Below the pieces are notes generated by a model. The model did no database searches. It had not been told where the DNA came from and saw only the letters and a list, made by a program, of their open reading frames with translations. From Felis catus (Eukaryota): DNA of 64,000 nucleotides. Numbering within the stretch: the first letter of the stretch is position 1; every line of letters begins with the position of its first letter. The stretch lies in the NCBI RefSeq assembly GCF_018350175.1, contig NC_058368.1:181104001-181168000 (forward strand). The letters are read 5' to 3'. Position numbers and translations under genes: made by a program. Shown one piece after another: positions 39,961 through 52,386 of the stretch.

Positions 39961-40844
39961 TTCTATTAACAGATAACCATCTCAGGGTGTGGGAGACACT
40001 CCCCTGGAGAGAAGCCTGCTACAAGAAACAGTCCCCAGGGTGAGCCACTTGGCATCACTGAGAGCCAAAAACCCAGGTAGTGAACAGAAAAGCCAGGAGC
40101 CCATGTGAACTAACAGCATCCGGGTGTCTTTGTTCCTGGCTGAATACATCTGTCAAATATTTTGCATTTTAAGTGAAATGTTGATGGCATTAGTCATTAG
40201 CACTGCATTGGGTGTTTTAGTTTTATAGTTTGATATCATATCTAGTTTTGTATCATCACCTTCCAGGCATCAAATATCTCCTATGCATCAAAAGAACCAA
40301 AGGTTGGATATGGTCTCCACATAGTGGGCTCAATGCCTTGGCTGTTTCTTTTAAAAGGTGGGTAAAAGGATGAACGTTGTTTATTATTAGTAAAAACACC
40401 CAGAAGCGACAGACTCTCTAGAGGAGGTTGGGTTAGATGTTTTCATTTCTTATTCCTGTCATTCTTTCAAGCAGGCCTCACTCATTGCACTGGACACATC
40501 TCCTAGACTGGATTGGAAGCAGGGGAGGGCAGAGAATGCATCTCATGGAACTGTGTATCATTATCGTCCAGCACAGTATCTGCTCAATAAATATTGATAG
40601 CATGAATGAATATAATCCATGGAAATGAATGCCAGAAAATTAAGTGAAGTGAAGCAAAGATCTGGGCCAGAGATTGCCAACTGGATGCTGCATTTTGTTT
40701 GTAGATAAATAATACATGTAAAAAACAATGGCTTAGTGGATGGAAGAGAGGGAGTATAAGCCCCAAAGGAAAGGTCCTCAACTGGTAGTGTATAGGCCAA
40801 ATTGGGCACATTGGCAAAATTCAGACTATAATTATATTTCATTT

Positions 40845-41481
40845 ATACCAGGCAATGTTAGCCTGTGAAATGCTTACTGGGTGCGTGTGTATGTGTGTGT
40901 GTGTGTTTTAATTTTTTTTTTATTATTTTTTTTTTCAACGTTTATTTATTTTTGGGACAGAGAGAGACAGAGCATGAACGGGGGAGGGGCAGAGAGAGAG
41001 GGAGACACAGAATTGGAAACAGGCTCCAGGCTCTGAGCCATCAGCCCAGAGCCTGACGCGGGGCTCGAAATCACGGACCGCGAGATCGTGACCTGGCTGA
41101 AGTCGGACGCTTAACCGACTGCGCCACCCAGGTGCCCCTGTGTGTTTTAATTAGTTACTAACATTTGAATATTGGGAGCTTTTACCTAAAAGCATGGATT
41201 TTGGATCTACTGGCGGTGAAATATGATGATGTGGCAGTGCTGAATGGAGTACAAATAGCCACCCCCTTCAGATGGCATTCACTCCAGCTTTCCCAGTACT
41301 GAGAGGCTAGTGCAAGCTGCCATTTGTCACCATGTTTGCACTATTATTTTGTAATAGTAGGGAGGCATTTGTATCTATTACGTTTCAGTGAAAAGTGGCT
41401 CAGAGCACTGAATGAGGCCCACTTCCTCTCTATTTATATGATCTGCCCTGGCCCAGTGGGTCATGGGACTTGTGATGCCTG
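40845..41481. mobile_element. MER102-like hAT MITE interrupted by a young SINE
   Basis: AATTAGTTACTAACATTTGAATATTGGGAG...GCCACCCCCTTCAGATGG...GCCCACTTCCTCTCTATTTAT...CTGGCCC...TTGTGATGCCTG. Confidence 0.7.
40914..41138 (-). mobile_element. Young felid SINE (SINEC_Fc-like), full length, perfect TSD
   Basis: CpG-rich and nearly identical to the 6764-6980 copy. TGTGTGTTTTAATT at 40900-40913 and 41139-41152. Confidence 0.97.
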
Positions 41482-41605
41482 CACTGTGCTTTCTTGTGGC
41501 ATTGCCTCCCTGATAGAATCAGAGCAGCAGCACTGCCAGGGAAGGGCTGCCAGGAAACCGGGCTTTTACAGGCTCTGATATGCAACACTTAAAATACTGA
41601 TTAGA

Positions 41606-41826
41606 GGGGCTCCTGGGTGGCTCAGTTGGTTAAGCGTCTGACTGACTCTTGACTTCGGTTCAGATCATGATCTGACGGTCATGAGATTGAGCCCTGTGTT
41701 GGGCTCCCTGCCGACAGGGTGGATGGAGCCTGCTTGAGATTCTCTCCTTCCCTCTCTGCCATTCTTCCCCACTCATACTCTCTCTCCCCCCTCAAAAAAT
41801 AAATGAACTTAAAAATAAAATGAAAT
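41606..41826 (+). mobile_element. Can-SINE, older subfamily
   Basis: GGGGCTCCTGGGTGGCTCAGTTGGTTAAGCGTC head. TSD AAAATACTGATTA / AAAACACTGATTA. Confidence 0.93.
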
Positions 41827-41894
41827 AAAACACTGATTACATCTGAAGCTGCTCATCAAAGAAAGACAGTTAAGAATAAAATTATATTTGACAA

Positions 41895-42040
41895 TACTTT
41901 AAAGTAACCAAACCTTTTGACATCTGTAAGCTCATGTAATCTTTGGCATAGCTCGTAATACCATTCCCACTTTGCAGATGAGAAAACTAAGGCTTTAAGT
42001 AAAGTTACACCACCAGCAGGATGAATAATTAAGCCCAGCA
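41895..42040 (-). mobile_element. MIR SINE
   Basis: CATTCCCACTTTGCAGATGAGAAAACTAAGGCT. Confidence 0.7.
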
Positions 42041-42147
42041 AACATACTAAATCTGAATCTCATGGGCTAGGGCCAGAGTATTAGTATTTTCCTAAGGGTT
42101 CCCAAGGGACTCTAATGTGCAGCCATGGATAAGAACCACCCTCTTAG

Positions 42148-42555
42148 TGTAAGGGACTGATCTTTGTGTTTCTCCAAAATACATACGTTGAAGCCCTAAC
42201 TCCTGATGTAATAGCATTAGTAGTCTTTGAGACGTAAATAGTTTTAGATGAAGTCACCACGGTAAGGTCCTCATGACGGTACTGGTGCCCTTATAAGAGA
42301 GCAGAGAGACATTCTCTCACTCTCTCTCCCCCCTCCTTCCCCCTCCCTCTATTACCATTTTGAGATTTCCTCCTTTTTTCCTTCTACTGTGTGAGGGCGC
42401 ATCAAGAAGGCAGCTGTCTATAAGTCAAGAACCCAATCACACCAGCACTCTGATCTCACAACATCCAGCCTACAGAACTGTGAGCAATAAGTGTCTATTG
42501 TTGAAACAAACCAGTCTAGGGTATTTTATTATAGCTACCCAAAGTAACTAATATA
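42148..42555 (+). mobile_element. MLT1A0-like MaLR solo LTR
   Basis: CCAAAATACATACGTTGAAGCCCTAAC...TTAGATGAAGTCA...GTGCCCTTATAAGAGA...CCAGCCTACAGAACTGTGAGCAATAAG. Near-match 5-bp TSD CTTAG/TTTAG. Confidence 0.85.
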
Positions 42556-42751
42556 TTTAGATTGACATTTTCCTCCTGATACCACCTGTCAGTGTCAAGC
42601 GATGCGAACACAAATGTCTGGGCTCAAGGTCCAAGGTAGGCTGGGTAGACACAGAATGAGGTGCAGTAGCTAAGGTGCAGGGACTGGGCTTCTGGTCCTG
42701 GGTCTAACGATGTGTGCCTTGGTTGTGTTGTAAGGGAAAGCTGACTAGAAT

Positions 42752-42885
42752 CCATGGTTTTTCAAGCAGGTAAATATGAGAATCTTCTGGGGGAGCTTTT
42801 AACACTATAAACTTCCCTAGGCCCTACCCCTTATCTGGGGTTAGAGATTCTGATCTCTTGAGTGGCACTCAAATACAAATATTAA
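42752..42885. mobile_element. MER5-like MITE left part (host of nested insertions)
   Basis: CATGGTTTTTCAA...GAATCTTCTGGGGGAGCTTTTAA...CCTAGGCCCTACCCC...AGAGATTCTGAT. Confidence 0.62.
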
Positions 42886-42889
42886 ATTA

Positions 42890-43088
42890 CTTTTGCTTTT
42901 ATTTATTTATTCTAGAGAGAGAATGTGCAATTGTGTGATCAGAGAGAGAGGGAGAGAGAGAATCCCAAACAGGTTCTGCACTCTCAGCAAAGAGTCCAAC
43001 ATGGGGCTCCAATCCATGAACCTTGAGATCATGACCTGAGCTGAAATGAAGAGTTGGATGCTTAACTGACTGAGCCAACCATGCACCT
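42890..43088 (-). mobile_element. Can-SINE
   Basis: TTTATTTATTTATT tail, (GA)n, GAGATCATGACCTGAGCTGAA...CTTAACTGACTGAGCCA. CAAATAC on both flanks. Confidence 0.9.
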
Positions 43089-43119
43089 CAAATACGTATA
43101 TTTTTTAAAAAGTTCTTCT

Positions 43120-43333
43120 TGGCAAGCCAAGATACCTCAGTCAGTTAAGCGTTTGACTGTAGATTTCGGCCCAGATCATGAACTCACAGTTCATGAGTTC
43201 AAGCCTCAGGAGCCCCATGTTGGGTTCTGCGCTGCAGAGCTTGCTTGGCATTCTCTGTCTTCTCTCTCTCTCTGCCCCTCTTCTGCTCTCACTTGCATGA
43301 TCTCTCTCAAAATAAATAAATAACCTCAAAAAT
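43120..43333 (+). mobile_element. Can-SINE, diverged head
   Basis: CTCAGTCAGTTAAGCGTTTGACT...CTCTCTGCCCCTC...CTCTCAAAATAAATAAATAA. Confidence 0.88.
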
Positions 43334-43345
43334 AAGTTCTTTTCC

Positions 43346-43791
43346 ATGAACAGACATTTCTCCAAAGAAGACATCCAGATGACTAACCGACACATGAAAA
43401 AATGCTCAACATCACTCATCATCAGGGAAATGCAAATCAAAACCACGATGAGATACCACCTCACACCTGTCAGAATGGCTAACATTAACAACTCAGGCAA
43501 CAATAGATGTTGGCGAGGATGCGGAGAAAGAGGATCTCTTTTGTATTGTTGGTGGGAATGCAAGCTGGTGCAGCCACTCTGGAAACAGTATGGAGGTTCC
43601 TCAAAAAACTAAAAATAGAACTACCATATGACCCAGCAATTGCACTACTAGGTATTTATCCAAGGGATACAGGTGTGTTGTTTTGAAGGGACACATGCAC
43701 CCCAATGTTTATAGCAGTACTATTAACAATAGCCAAAGTATGGGAAGAGCCCAAATGTCCATCGATGGATGAATGGATAAAGAAGATGTGT

Positions 43792-43847
<56 letters not shown>

Positions 43848-44207
43848 ATAGAGTATTACTCAGCAATGAAAAACAATGAAGTCTTGCCATTTGCAACTAC
43901 GTGGATGGAACTGGAGGCTATTATGCTAACTGAAATTAGTCAGAGAAAGACAAATATCATATGACTTCACTCATATGAGGACTTTAAGAGACAAAACAGA
44001 TGAACATAAGGTAAGGGAAACAAAAATAATATAAAAACAGGGAGGGGAACAAAACATAAGAGACTCTTAAATATGGAGAACAAACAGAGGGTGACTGGAG
44101 GGGTTGTGGGAGGGGGGATGGGCTAAATGGGTAAGGGGCATTAAGGAATCTACTGCTGAAATCATTGTTGCACTATATGCTAATTTGGATGTAAATTAAA
44201 AAAAAAA
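43346..44207 (+). mobile_element. 5'-truncated felid LINE-1 (ORF2 C-terminus and 3'UTR) with an internal (TA)n expansion
   Basis: Translation [11 protein letters not shown]...[11 protein letters not shown]...CWRGCGE...[13 protein letters not shown] is the L1 ORF2 cysteine-rich C-terminal region, frameshifted downstream. G-rich 3'UTR and poly-A. Confidence 0.96.
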
Positions 44208-44214
44208 GTTCTCA

Positions 44215-44399
44215 TGATCCTGAGATCATGATCTCGTGGTTTGTGAGTTTGAGCCCTGCATTGGGCTCTGTGCTGACAGCTCAGAGCCTGGAGCCTGCTT
44301 CAGATTCTGTGTCTCCCAATTTCTCTGCCCCCCACCACTTGCACTCTGTCTATCAATAATAAATAAATATTAAAACTTTAAAAAAATTATTTAAAAAAA
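44215..44399 (+). mobile_element. 5'-truncated or disrupted Can-SINE
   Basis: TCATGATCTCGTGGTTTGTGAGTTTGAGCCC...CAGAGCCTGGAGCCTGCTTCAGATTCTGTGTCTCCC plus A-rich tail. Confidence 0.9.
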
Positions 44400-44997
44400 G
44401 AACCACCACCACATGAGATGATGCTCACAGTCTATGAAAAATGTGAAGAAAAAAAATGGCCAATGTACATCATATCTGAACAGGTACAGTTACAGTAAGA
44501 GGATATGGTTATACCAAACATTTACATACATGTCATTCAAAATTGATTTCCCAATAGTTACACTAGATTTGATGTGGAAAATGACCACCATGTGATATCC
44601 ATTCTACCCAATGAAGGGAAGAACTTGTTCAACACATAATCCTCAAGTGCACATGCAGATGGCCTAATTATTCTCAGTGGCAATAACATCAGGGGAAGAC
44701 TTCTCAGAGGGGACATAGGGCTTTATTTAACGGGAGCACTTTGGGATGAACAGTTATTCACTGGCTCTTTTTGGATAATATAACTTATTTTAATCATTGC
44801 TTCTGAGAATCACAGTGTGCCCTACACTGAATATTTATTCACTGTTCATATTCTTATATCCAGTGTATAGATAGACAAAAGCTGATTCATAGTAGGTTCT
44901 TAATATTGAGTGATGAATAAATATTAAAAAATTAAAAATTGACTACTGTTGTTTTCATACTCCTGTCTACCAAAATGGTCTTTAAGAAATAAAGATA

Positions 44998-45206
44998 GGG
45001 GCCCCTGTGTGGCTCAGTCAGCTCAGGGTCCAACTCCTGATTTTGGCTCAGGTCATGATCTCACAGTTTGTGAGTTTGAGCCCCACATTGGGCTCTGTGC
45101 TAATAGTGCAGAGCCTGCTTGTTTTTTCTCTGCCCCTCCCCCACTCACATACTCACATGGGCACACACTCTCTCTCAAATATAAAGAAACATTTAAAAAA
45201 TAAAAA
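44998..45206 (+). mobile_element. Can-SINE inserted in an L2 fragment
   Basis: GGGGCCCCTGTGTGGCTCAGTC head. AAATAAAGAT on both flanks. Confidence 0.92.
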
Positions 45207-45214
45207 AAATAAAG

Positions 45215-45745
45215 ATGAACATAGAATCATTACATCTCCTGTTTAACCTTCCTTAATAATTCCATTAAACATAACATAAAGTGGCCTATAACATAAAGTA
45301 GAAAGCATTCAGTATATTCCAGGAGCATATGTATGATCTGGCCTGGACAACATCTTTGATTTCATCTTTTGCTGCACTGACATGGGATGACTTGTCATTA
45401 ATTGTAGTTCAAGGAACATACCTTATTGCATGCCTCCAAGTCTTTGATCCAACCTCTTCCCTATGCCTGGATTATCATCCTCCTGTTTGCTTCCCTCATA
45501 CTTTTCAAGGTGCAGCTCTGTGAAATCTGAATCTGTCCAAGTTGAATTAATCATTCTTTCCCTTTTTGCATCATCTACAACATTATTCATGGTGTCTTCA
45601 TCACCTTATACCACTTAATAGTTGTATGTCTTCTTTCCCTGAAGTCTGTAAATTGCTAGAATCTTAGTAATAAGTTTACTTATAGCCCTGCTTTCTGCCA
45701 AAAGACCTGGGTCATTGCAAGCACCCATCAAAAACAGTTTGTTTT
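45215..45745 (+). mobile_element. LINE-2 3' fragment
   Basis: GTATGATCTGGCC...TTCCCTATGCCTGGATT...GTCTGTAAATTGCTAGA...CCTGGGTCATTGCAAGCACCCATCAAAA. Confidence 0.62.
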
Positions 45746-47029
45746 AACACAGTGATATGTCTCACTTCCCATTTTGATGCACTAGGTGTCAGAACACACT
45801 CTAGAGCATTCACTTTTTTTCAGAAAGGGAAAATAGTAGGCAAGTTTTGAATGAGAAGCCTTATAGAAACCCAAATCCAACATAAGAAGCTACTCACAGA
45901 CATGGAAACCTACTAGATAATTAAATCACAAGAAACCTACCAAAAAAGATTAACAGAGACTAAATCATTTAAAACAAAGCCTCTGGATCATGATGAAAAC
46001 AACACTGATCTTCAAGAACAATTTGCAATGCAAAGGAGGACACTGAAACAATGCCCAGCGACTCCATTTTGTCAGTGAGATGGTAACTCACTAACTAGTT
46101 GAGTTTCAAGACTAAAAGTTAAGGCTTAAGCTATTTTACCTGCTGTAGTTTTAATTGCAGAGTGTGTACTCATTTCCTACCTCTAACTTCTAAAATTCTT
46201 GACAAATATTTCCTGAGCACCTATTACGTGCCAGACATTATTTTAGTAGCAAATAAGACTGAGAGGTCCTGCTCTCATGTTTCATGTTTGCCTTTTCTTT
46301 TTCTTTTATTATCATCTACCATTTTTAGTCTTTTTACATTCAGTGCTTTAAAAAACCAGAATAGTCTTTTTTGATTTCACTCTAATCAGGATTCAGAGTT
46401 ATGCAAATGGGAGAATTCATACCTTGCTCCTGAAATACACCAAAACCCTGAGACATATGTTACATGAAACTCCAGATCATGAAAGGAGGTACTTTAGATA
46501 AAATACAGCACTTCTTTACAGTTTGCTTTCCATTTCACACTATGATGTTCCCATTCCTTCTGCTAGCTTTTACTTGCAAATATTCTGTGTTTAGCAAGGT
46601 TTACAGATACAGATCATTTCAGCTTCCCCTATGTCACCATTGATGAGCAACACACAATAGTATAAGTTCAATTTCTATTTATCATACCGATTCTATGGCA
46701 TTAAAGAGTGCTTATAAGTATCCTACAAGTATTTCTTAACCTGGACTTTCTTGTTTTTAATGCTTAGAAATGAACTGTGACACTGGGACACCAGCATGAA
46801 ACTTCTCCCTAAAACAGATGACATTAATTAAAAAAAAACACCTCTGGATTAAGTTTCAACAATAAAACCTAAAATAATATTATCACTTCAAGTGTCCACT
46901 AACATTAAAGAAGCCATATGGTCTGTTTATGGATTGCTAACCCATAACATGGGCACAGTGGCATCACAGGTGGTTGAGCATCTAGTGATACTTCAGTTTC
47001 TACAAGCTTCTATCACACCACTCTTTCTC

Positions 47030-47406
47030 TTTCTCATACTGCTTCATCTCAGTAGATCTTTCTGTTCTTCTACACCTAAGAATCTGAAATCTCAGAATCC
47101 TATCCATCTCAGGATCCTTGGCCTCGAAGTTTCTCAGAAAGCCTTATCCACAGCTCATCCCAAAGCATCCAGGTCTCAGTTGAGCCATCTTTGTTGGCAA
47201 GAGGGTTTCCATGACCATCCCCTTCAAGGGAGCCCTCCTCATGGCCAGTTACTATCATATCCCTTTGCATTTATTTATTTTATAGGCTTTATCTCTATGA
47301 AGTTTTCTTTTGTCTCTTGTTTATGTATTTATTTTCTTTCTCCTTCCTGGCCCCATCATCTGACAGAATGTAAGTTATATTAATCAACGTTTCCTTTTAT
47401 ATCTTG

Positions 47407-47454
<48 letters not shown>

Positions 47455-47515
47455 GAATCTAGGAAAACCAATGCCTAGAAGCCTAGAATGCACTGAATTC
47501 ATATCAACTGAAAAA
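47030..47515 (+). mobile_element. LINE-2 3' fragment containing (TC)n at ~47407-47450
   Basis: CAGGTCTCAGTTGAGCCATC...TTCCATGACCA...TTGTTTATGTATTT...AGAATGTAAG. Confidence 0.6.
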
Positions 47516-48744
47516 ATATATACATTTATATGAGTTTAAATGCATTCATGAGGTTATTTTTCCTCCTCAGTGGAGTTGAGTGAATAGTCTAAAATAGTCT
47601 CAACAACATATACTCTTTCCCACCCCTAAACTTACTTGACCCAAACCATGACCCAGAACACTCAATCTTCAGCAGAAATTGATAGAGAAATATTTTTTCT
47701 TTGCTCTGCCCTCATCAATAAAAAAATACAGATGGTGAGACAATATGAAGGCATGAACCCCAAGTGGAGAGGTGACACACACACGTCTTACAGATGGCCA
47801 GCAGCGGGTTTCATATGAGGCAGTGAGTTAAAAGGTCCTGGATATCAATTGGAAAGGAGAAGGAGCAGAAAATTGTTTGGCTCATTTTTCCTTCTTTGGC
47901 GAGAAACAGAATGAGAAACAAACAAGAAGCAGCTGAGGAATGTATGGTCCAAAAACACTCGATTATTCTTGATACCACAAAACTGCAGGAAAAAGGAATC
48001 TGGAGAGTAATAAAAATGCTAGCAGGAAGAAATCCGATGGCATCTTTAATGATCATAACTGTATTCACGGCCAAAGGATTCCCACGTTTCCTGGCAACAA
48101 AGCCTACCTTCTGTGGGTTGTTTTAATTCTACATCACCCCTTTCTCTTCCTTTTCCTTCTCTCTCCCCTTCCTTGATTTTCCCTTCTTCTTTCTTTGCAT
48201 CCCTCACCATCTCAGTTCCTTTCTCTCTTTCAATTCCCATCATTAAGAAGTCCATACACACTAGGAAATGAGAATGAGAAACTGGTCACAATGGAATGAT
48301 AATGAATGCAACTCTGGGTGAAGATGTTTGCACTTTTTACTAAGTGGCAGCATAAACTAAAAGAGAAGATTTATGATAATAAATCATATTAATCAACTAA
48401 ATTAATATACACTCTCAGCAATTCATCGAGTAACAATAACAAATATAAAATTGGGGTTAGGAAAAAATCCTCACCAAGTATAGACTTCAAGACACAAATT
48501 AAAGATTAATTTGTAATCTACTTGCATGCTAAGATCAAGGACATTATTTCATCATTTTTTATCAAATATGCAAAAACACAGCCATTCCCTCATGGATTCT
48601 CTTGATCTTTGAAAGTGCTCCTTATAGCTCATGGAATAAATGACAAATAAAACCCATGTACACCTTGTTCTGTTTTTATGCTGTACCAACTCTCGTTTTC
48701 AAATACAAAAGAAGATATGTGTAATAATATGATACATTTTGCAC

Positions 48745-48941
48745 CAGCATTGTCCAATATGGTAACCACATGTGGGTACTTGTATTTAAATGTAAATTAA
48801 AATTAAATAAAACTAAAAATTATACTCCTTAGACCAACCACATTTCAAGTTCTCAATAATTAAATGTGGCTAGCATCTATGTATTGGAAAATGCAGATGT
48901 ACAATATTTCCATAGTTGTGGAAAGTTCTATTGAACACCCT
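48745..48941 (-). mobile_element. MER3 hAT-Charlie MITE
   Basis: TGTCCAATATGGTAACCACATGTGG...CCACATTTCAAGTTCTCAATA...AATATTTCCAT...GAAAGTTCTATTGAACA. Confidence 0.85.
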
Positions 48942-49059
48942 TTCATGGCAAATATTTATTTTGCTAGGGGTAAAGAACAAGTTACAATTACTATATGAAT
49001 TATCTGGCTGCTTCTCACATTTTTGTGTTCATTAGATAACAATGGTACAATTATTCAAT

Positions 49060-49195
49060 AATGTCTTTCTCCCCTAATGGATTGCCAACTTCACCAGGGC
49101 TGTTTTGATTTGTTCTCACTGTAACCTCAGAGCTTGTCCAAAGGCCTCATACAATGCTGGAACCCAGTAAATATGTGTTGAGTGACTGAATGATG
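49060..49195 (+). mobile_element. LINE-2 extreme 3' end
   Basis: TTTGTTCTCACTGTAACCTCAGAGC...CCCAGTAAATATGTGTTGAGTGACTGAATGA. Confidence 0.65.
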
Positions 49196-52100
49196 GAACA
49201 AATATCAAATGGCAGTGGCAAATAATTACAATAAATAGACGGCAAGGACAAAAAAAGGAAAGAGGCTGCCATCTAGTTATATAGAAACACAAGTAAGTGT
49301 CTATTTTCTTCCTTGTTCATCTGCCTATGAAGAACCCAGAAATCAATTCCACCCTTAACATATGGGGATCTTCTTGCCTAGATGAGCAAATGAACCCTAA
49401 GCGTATCAGTTGAGAAAACTGTGAAATTAATTGCGTTGACATCTATTTGGGCAGAAAACAGTTAACCCAGAGTGACAGGGTTATGATAGTGACTGAAAAC
49501 TCCTTGGAGGCCCTCGAGGAAGAGTTGTTTTCATCTCATTATGTCTGCCTTGATAATTATAACCAACTCATCAGCTTTGAGTTGAACACCACATATAATC
49601 ACTTTCCTGCATATTTTTTGAAGGAGGAAGCATAATAAGGTAAAATCTGCAGACTAATTTATGACATTTGTGGATCTATTTTCAGGAAAAGAAAAACTAC
49701 TACTCAGTGGGGGATGTTAAAATTCTCTTTTAAATGGTGTAGGTTTTTCTTTTAGAACTGTGTTTAAAATGTAGAAAAAAAATCTTCTCTCTACAAAAAA
49801 AAAAAAAAAAAAAAACCAAGCATATCACTTAATATTTGTTCTATCAACAAAAAGCTTTCTAACTTGCTCCCCAAATCAATCTCCATTTTTAATTTCAAGA
49901 ATATACTACTAGAAAAAAATAAAAACCCTGTATCTAGTGAAATGCATAGATGAAACACTAAATACAGGAACATACCCTTAACAAGTACACATAACGAAAA
50001 AATTATTAGTTCAGACTGAGCATTAACATATTTGTGCAATAAAATAGCCTACGGATTTTTTTCTTGTTTCTTTTCTTTTTTATGGATTCCATGTATCTAT
50101 AAATGAAAAAAAATAATGAAGCTCTTAATACTCTTCTCAGTTATCTCCCTGAGCTTTCATACACAGCAAGTTATTTGTCAGCTATCCTAAGGACATTTCA
50201 GTAATCAAAAACCAGTGGACAATTTTTAAAAATCACCAAATCTCTGTGCTAAACACAAAACAAAATCATTCAAACAAACAAATAATAAAAACTCCAACAA
50301 AGCCATCTGGCTATTTCTATTTCAGGTCATAACAGCTAAAAATGACATTACAGAAGATTACGGAGTGACATGGTAACTACTCTTATCCAGAAGAGTTTGA
50401 AACAGAACAAAGGGTTTCTAAGTTATGCCATGGAGGCCACCAAACTCTTCTTGCTGGCAGTTATTTTCTCTGATGGAATCCAAAGAAAATTCTTAATTTC
50501 AAGTTGGTGGTAATGTTCAGATATAACCAGATTTTAATTTTATGGGGATGAAGCAGCACTGGAGAGTTTTATGGTTTATTTTTAACTGTGAAACATTAGG
50601 TGTAGGTGGTTTTGTAAAAATCAACTAAAATGTCCATCAGCAAATTGGGGATCTGCATTTGTGTAAAGTTCCTAATTAAAAAGCATTGTTCCACCCTTCC
50701 TCATTCTTTGCCTTTGTTAATTCAGTGCCCTAATAGAAGGACACACACTCGCATAAAAAACTCCAAGCCCCTCCTTAACTTTCTACTTTCTTAGCACTTT
50801 CTACTGCTAAGACTAAACACAAAGTTATGCACAAAGATAACAAGTTACTTGCCTTCCACTAGCACTGGTTTCTCTCCTATACATTTTTTGCCCTTTAATG
50901 TTTGCTTCCATGTTCATTTATTCCAAATATTCATTATATAGCTCAAAAGAAATGCCTAAAAAAATTTTCTCTGTCTTCTGAAGTGAAACAAAACCCTTTA
51001 ATCTTTGAGGCTTTTCTAGGAGAGTGCAGTTGCTCAAATGAAGTTCAAAAGAACTCCTAATGTAAGAACTTTCCTGATGGGGGGAATGTGTGATTAACCT
51101 AGAGTCTGAATTATGCTTGTCTAACTTAATTTCCAGTTTAAGAGAATCGCTTTTTTCCCCTTTACTTTGATAACTGCCAACATTTACATATATTACACAG
51201 TGCTTCCAACATTAAAATACTCTGACAATCATACCTACAACTCTAAGGTAAAATGTTAACGACTCCAGGAAAAAGAATAGCTGTTTGTAGGAAGGTTGTG
51301 ATTAGAAGTACTTTAGGATTCACAGTAGGGTTCTGAATTGCCATAAATACCCCAGACATAACTTTTACGATGCTTTTCATCTTCTAACATGGGGTGACCC
51401 ACCTAATAAAGAGCAATAATATTCTCCCTCTCTAGACATCATTTGCTATCCATATTTACCCAAGCTGGCAAAATATAGAAAGATGATTCGTTCCAGCCTT
51501 TTTAATTACCAAAATTCAACTTGCTTTTAAAATACCATAGTCTCCCTTGAGATTTCAGGAGAGCTGGAGATCACCATGGCAATAAGAAAATGGTGCCAGC
51601 ATCATCTTGGCATCAACTCGTTACACATCTCAGGAGACTTTCGCACAGGAGAAAATTGAACTTGTGTAAAAAGCAGGCGCTCTCCCTTCAATTCTTTATT
51701 TTGGGAATAAAATGACAAATTTCATGTTACAGAAGGTAAATAAGAAAATGTTGTAACCATATGCCTTCCGCTAATATACACAATTAAAATGCAATATCAA
51801 TCTGCTCTCCTAGTATGTAAAGTAAAAATGGAAAGTTAACAGACAGTAGCCCACATATGACGTCCATGTGCCAGTTTTACTTCAGTTATTCATGCTTTAC
51901 TGATCTCTCATGAACCAATCTCTCTGGTTGCAGGAGGGGTTAATGCATCTAAACTCATGAAATGTGGGTGTAATCTTGTTGCATCCTGTCATTCATAGGT
52001 TTGTTCATTCATTCTTTTAGTCAACATTTTCTATCTACATAGAAAAGCTAGGCAACAAAGAACTAGAGGTGGAGAGCGTGGAGTAATCTTATATGGCAGA

Positions 52101-52196
52101 GTGGGTCAGAATATAAGTGCGTGTGTGATGATGAAAGAACACAGTATGTATGGTGGGAAACATCTGCACAGAATATTATAGAAATACCGAAATATA

Positions 52197-52386
52197 GGGG
52201 CGCCTGGGTGGCTTAGCCAGCTGAGCATCCATGTTTCCTGGATCTCATGTTTCTTGAGTTTGAGCCCCACATCAAGCTTTGTGCTAAAAGCACAGAGCCT
52301 ACTTGAGATTCTTTCTTTTCCTCTCTTTGCCACTTTCCCCTTGATGCTCTTTCTCTCAAAATAAACATTAAAAAAAATTTTAAATT
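52197..52386 (+). mobile_element. Can-SINE with an internal deletion
   Basis: GGGGCGCCTGGGTGGCT head. TSD AGAAATACCGAAATATA / AGAAACACTGAAATATA. Confidence 0.92.

Noticed and set aside
43346..43612. ORF with a real protein match
   Set aside because: It is the L1 ORF2 C-terminus of a truncated, frameshifted copy, not a host gene
46892..47383. Longest ORF in the window (163 aa)
   Set aside because: Starts at GTG, overlaps a decayed L2, and has no recognisable domain or splice context
47630..47860. Minus-strand donor (CAA|GTAAGT) and upstream acceptor defining a ~200-bp exon
   Set aside because: No recognisable coding content or other support; such pseudo-exons are common in long introns
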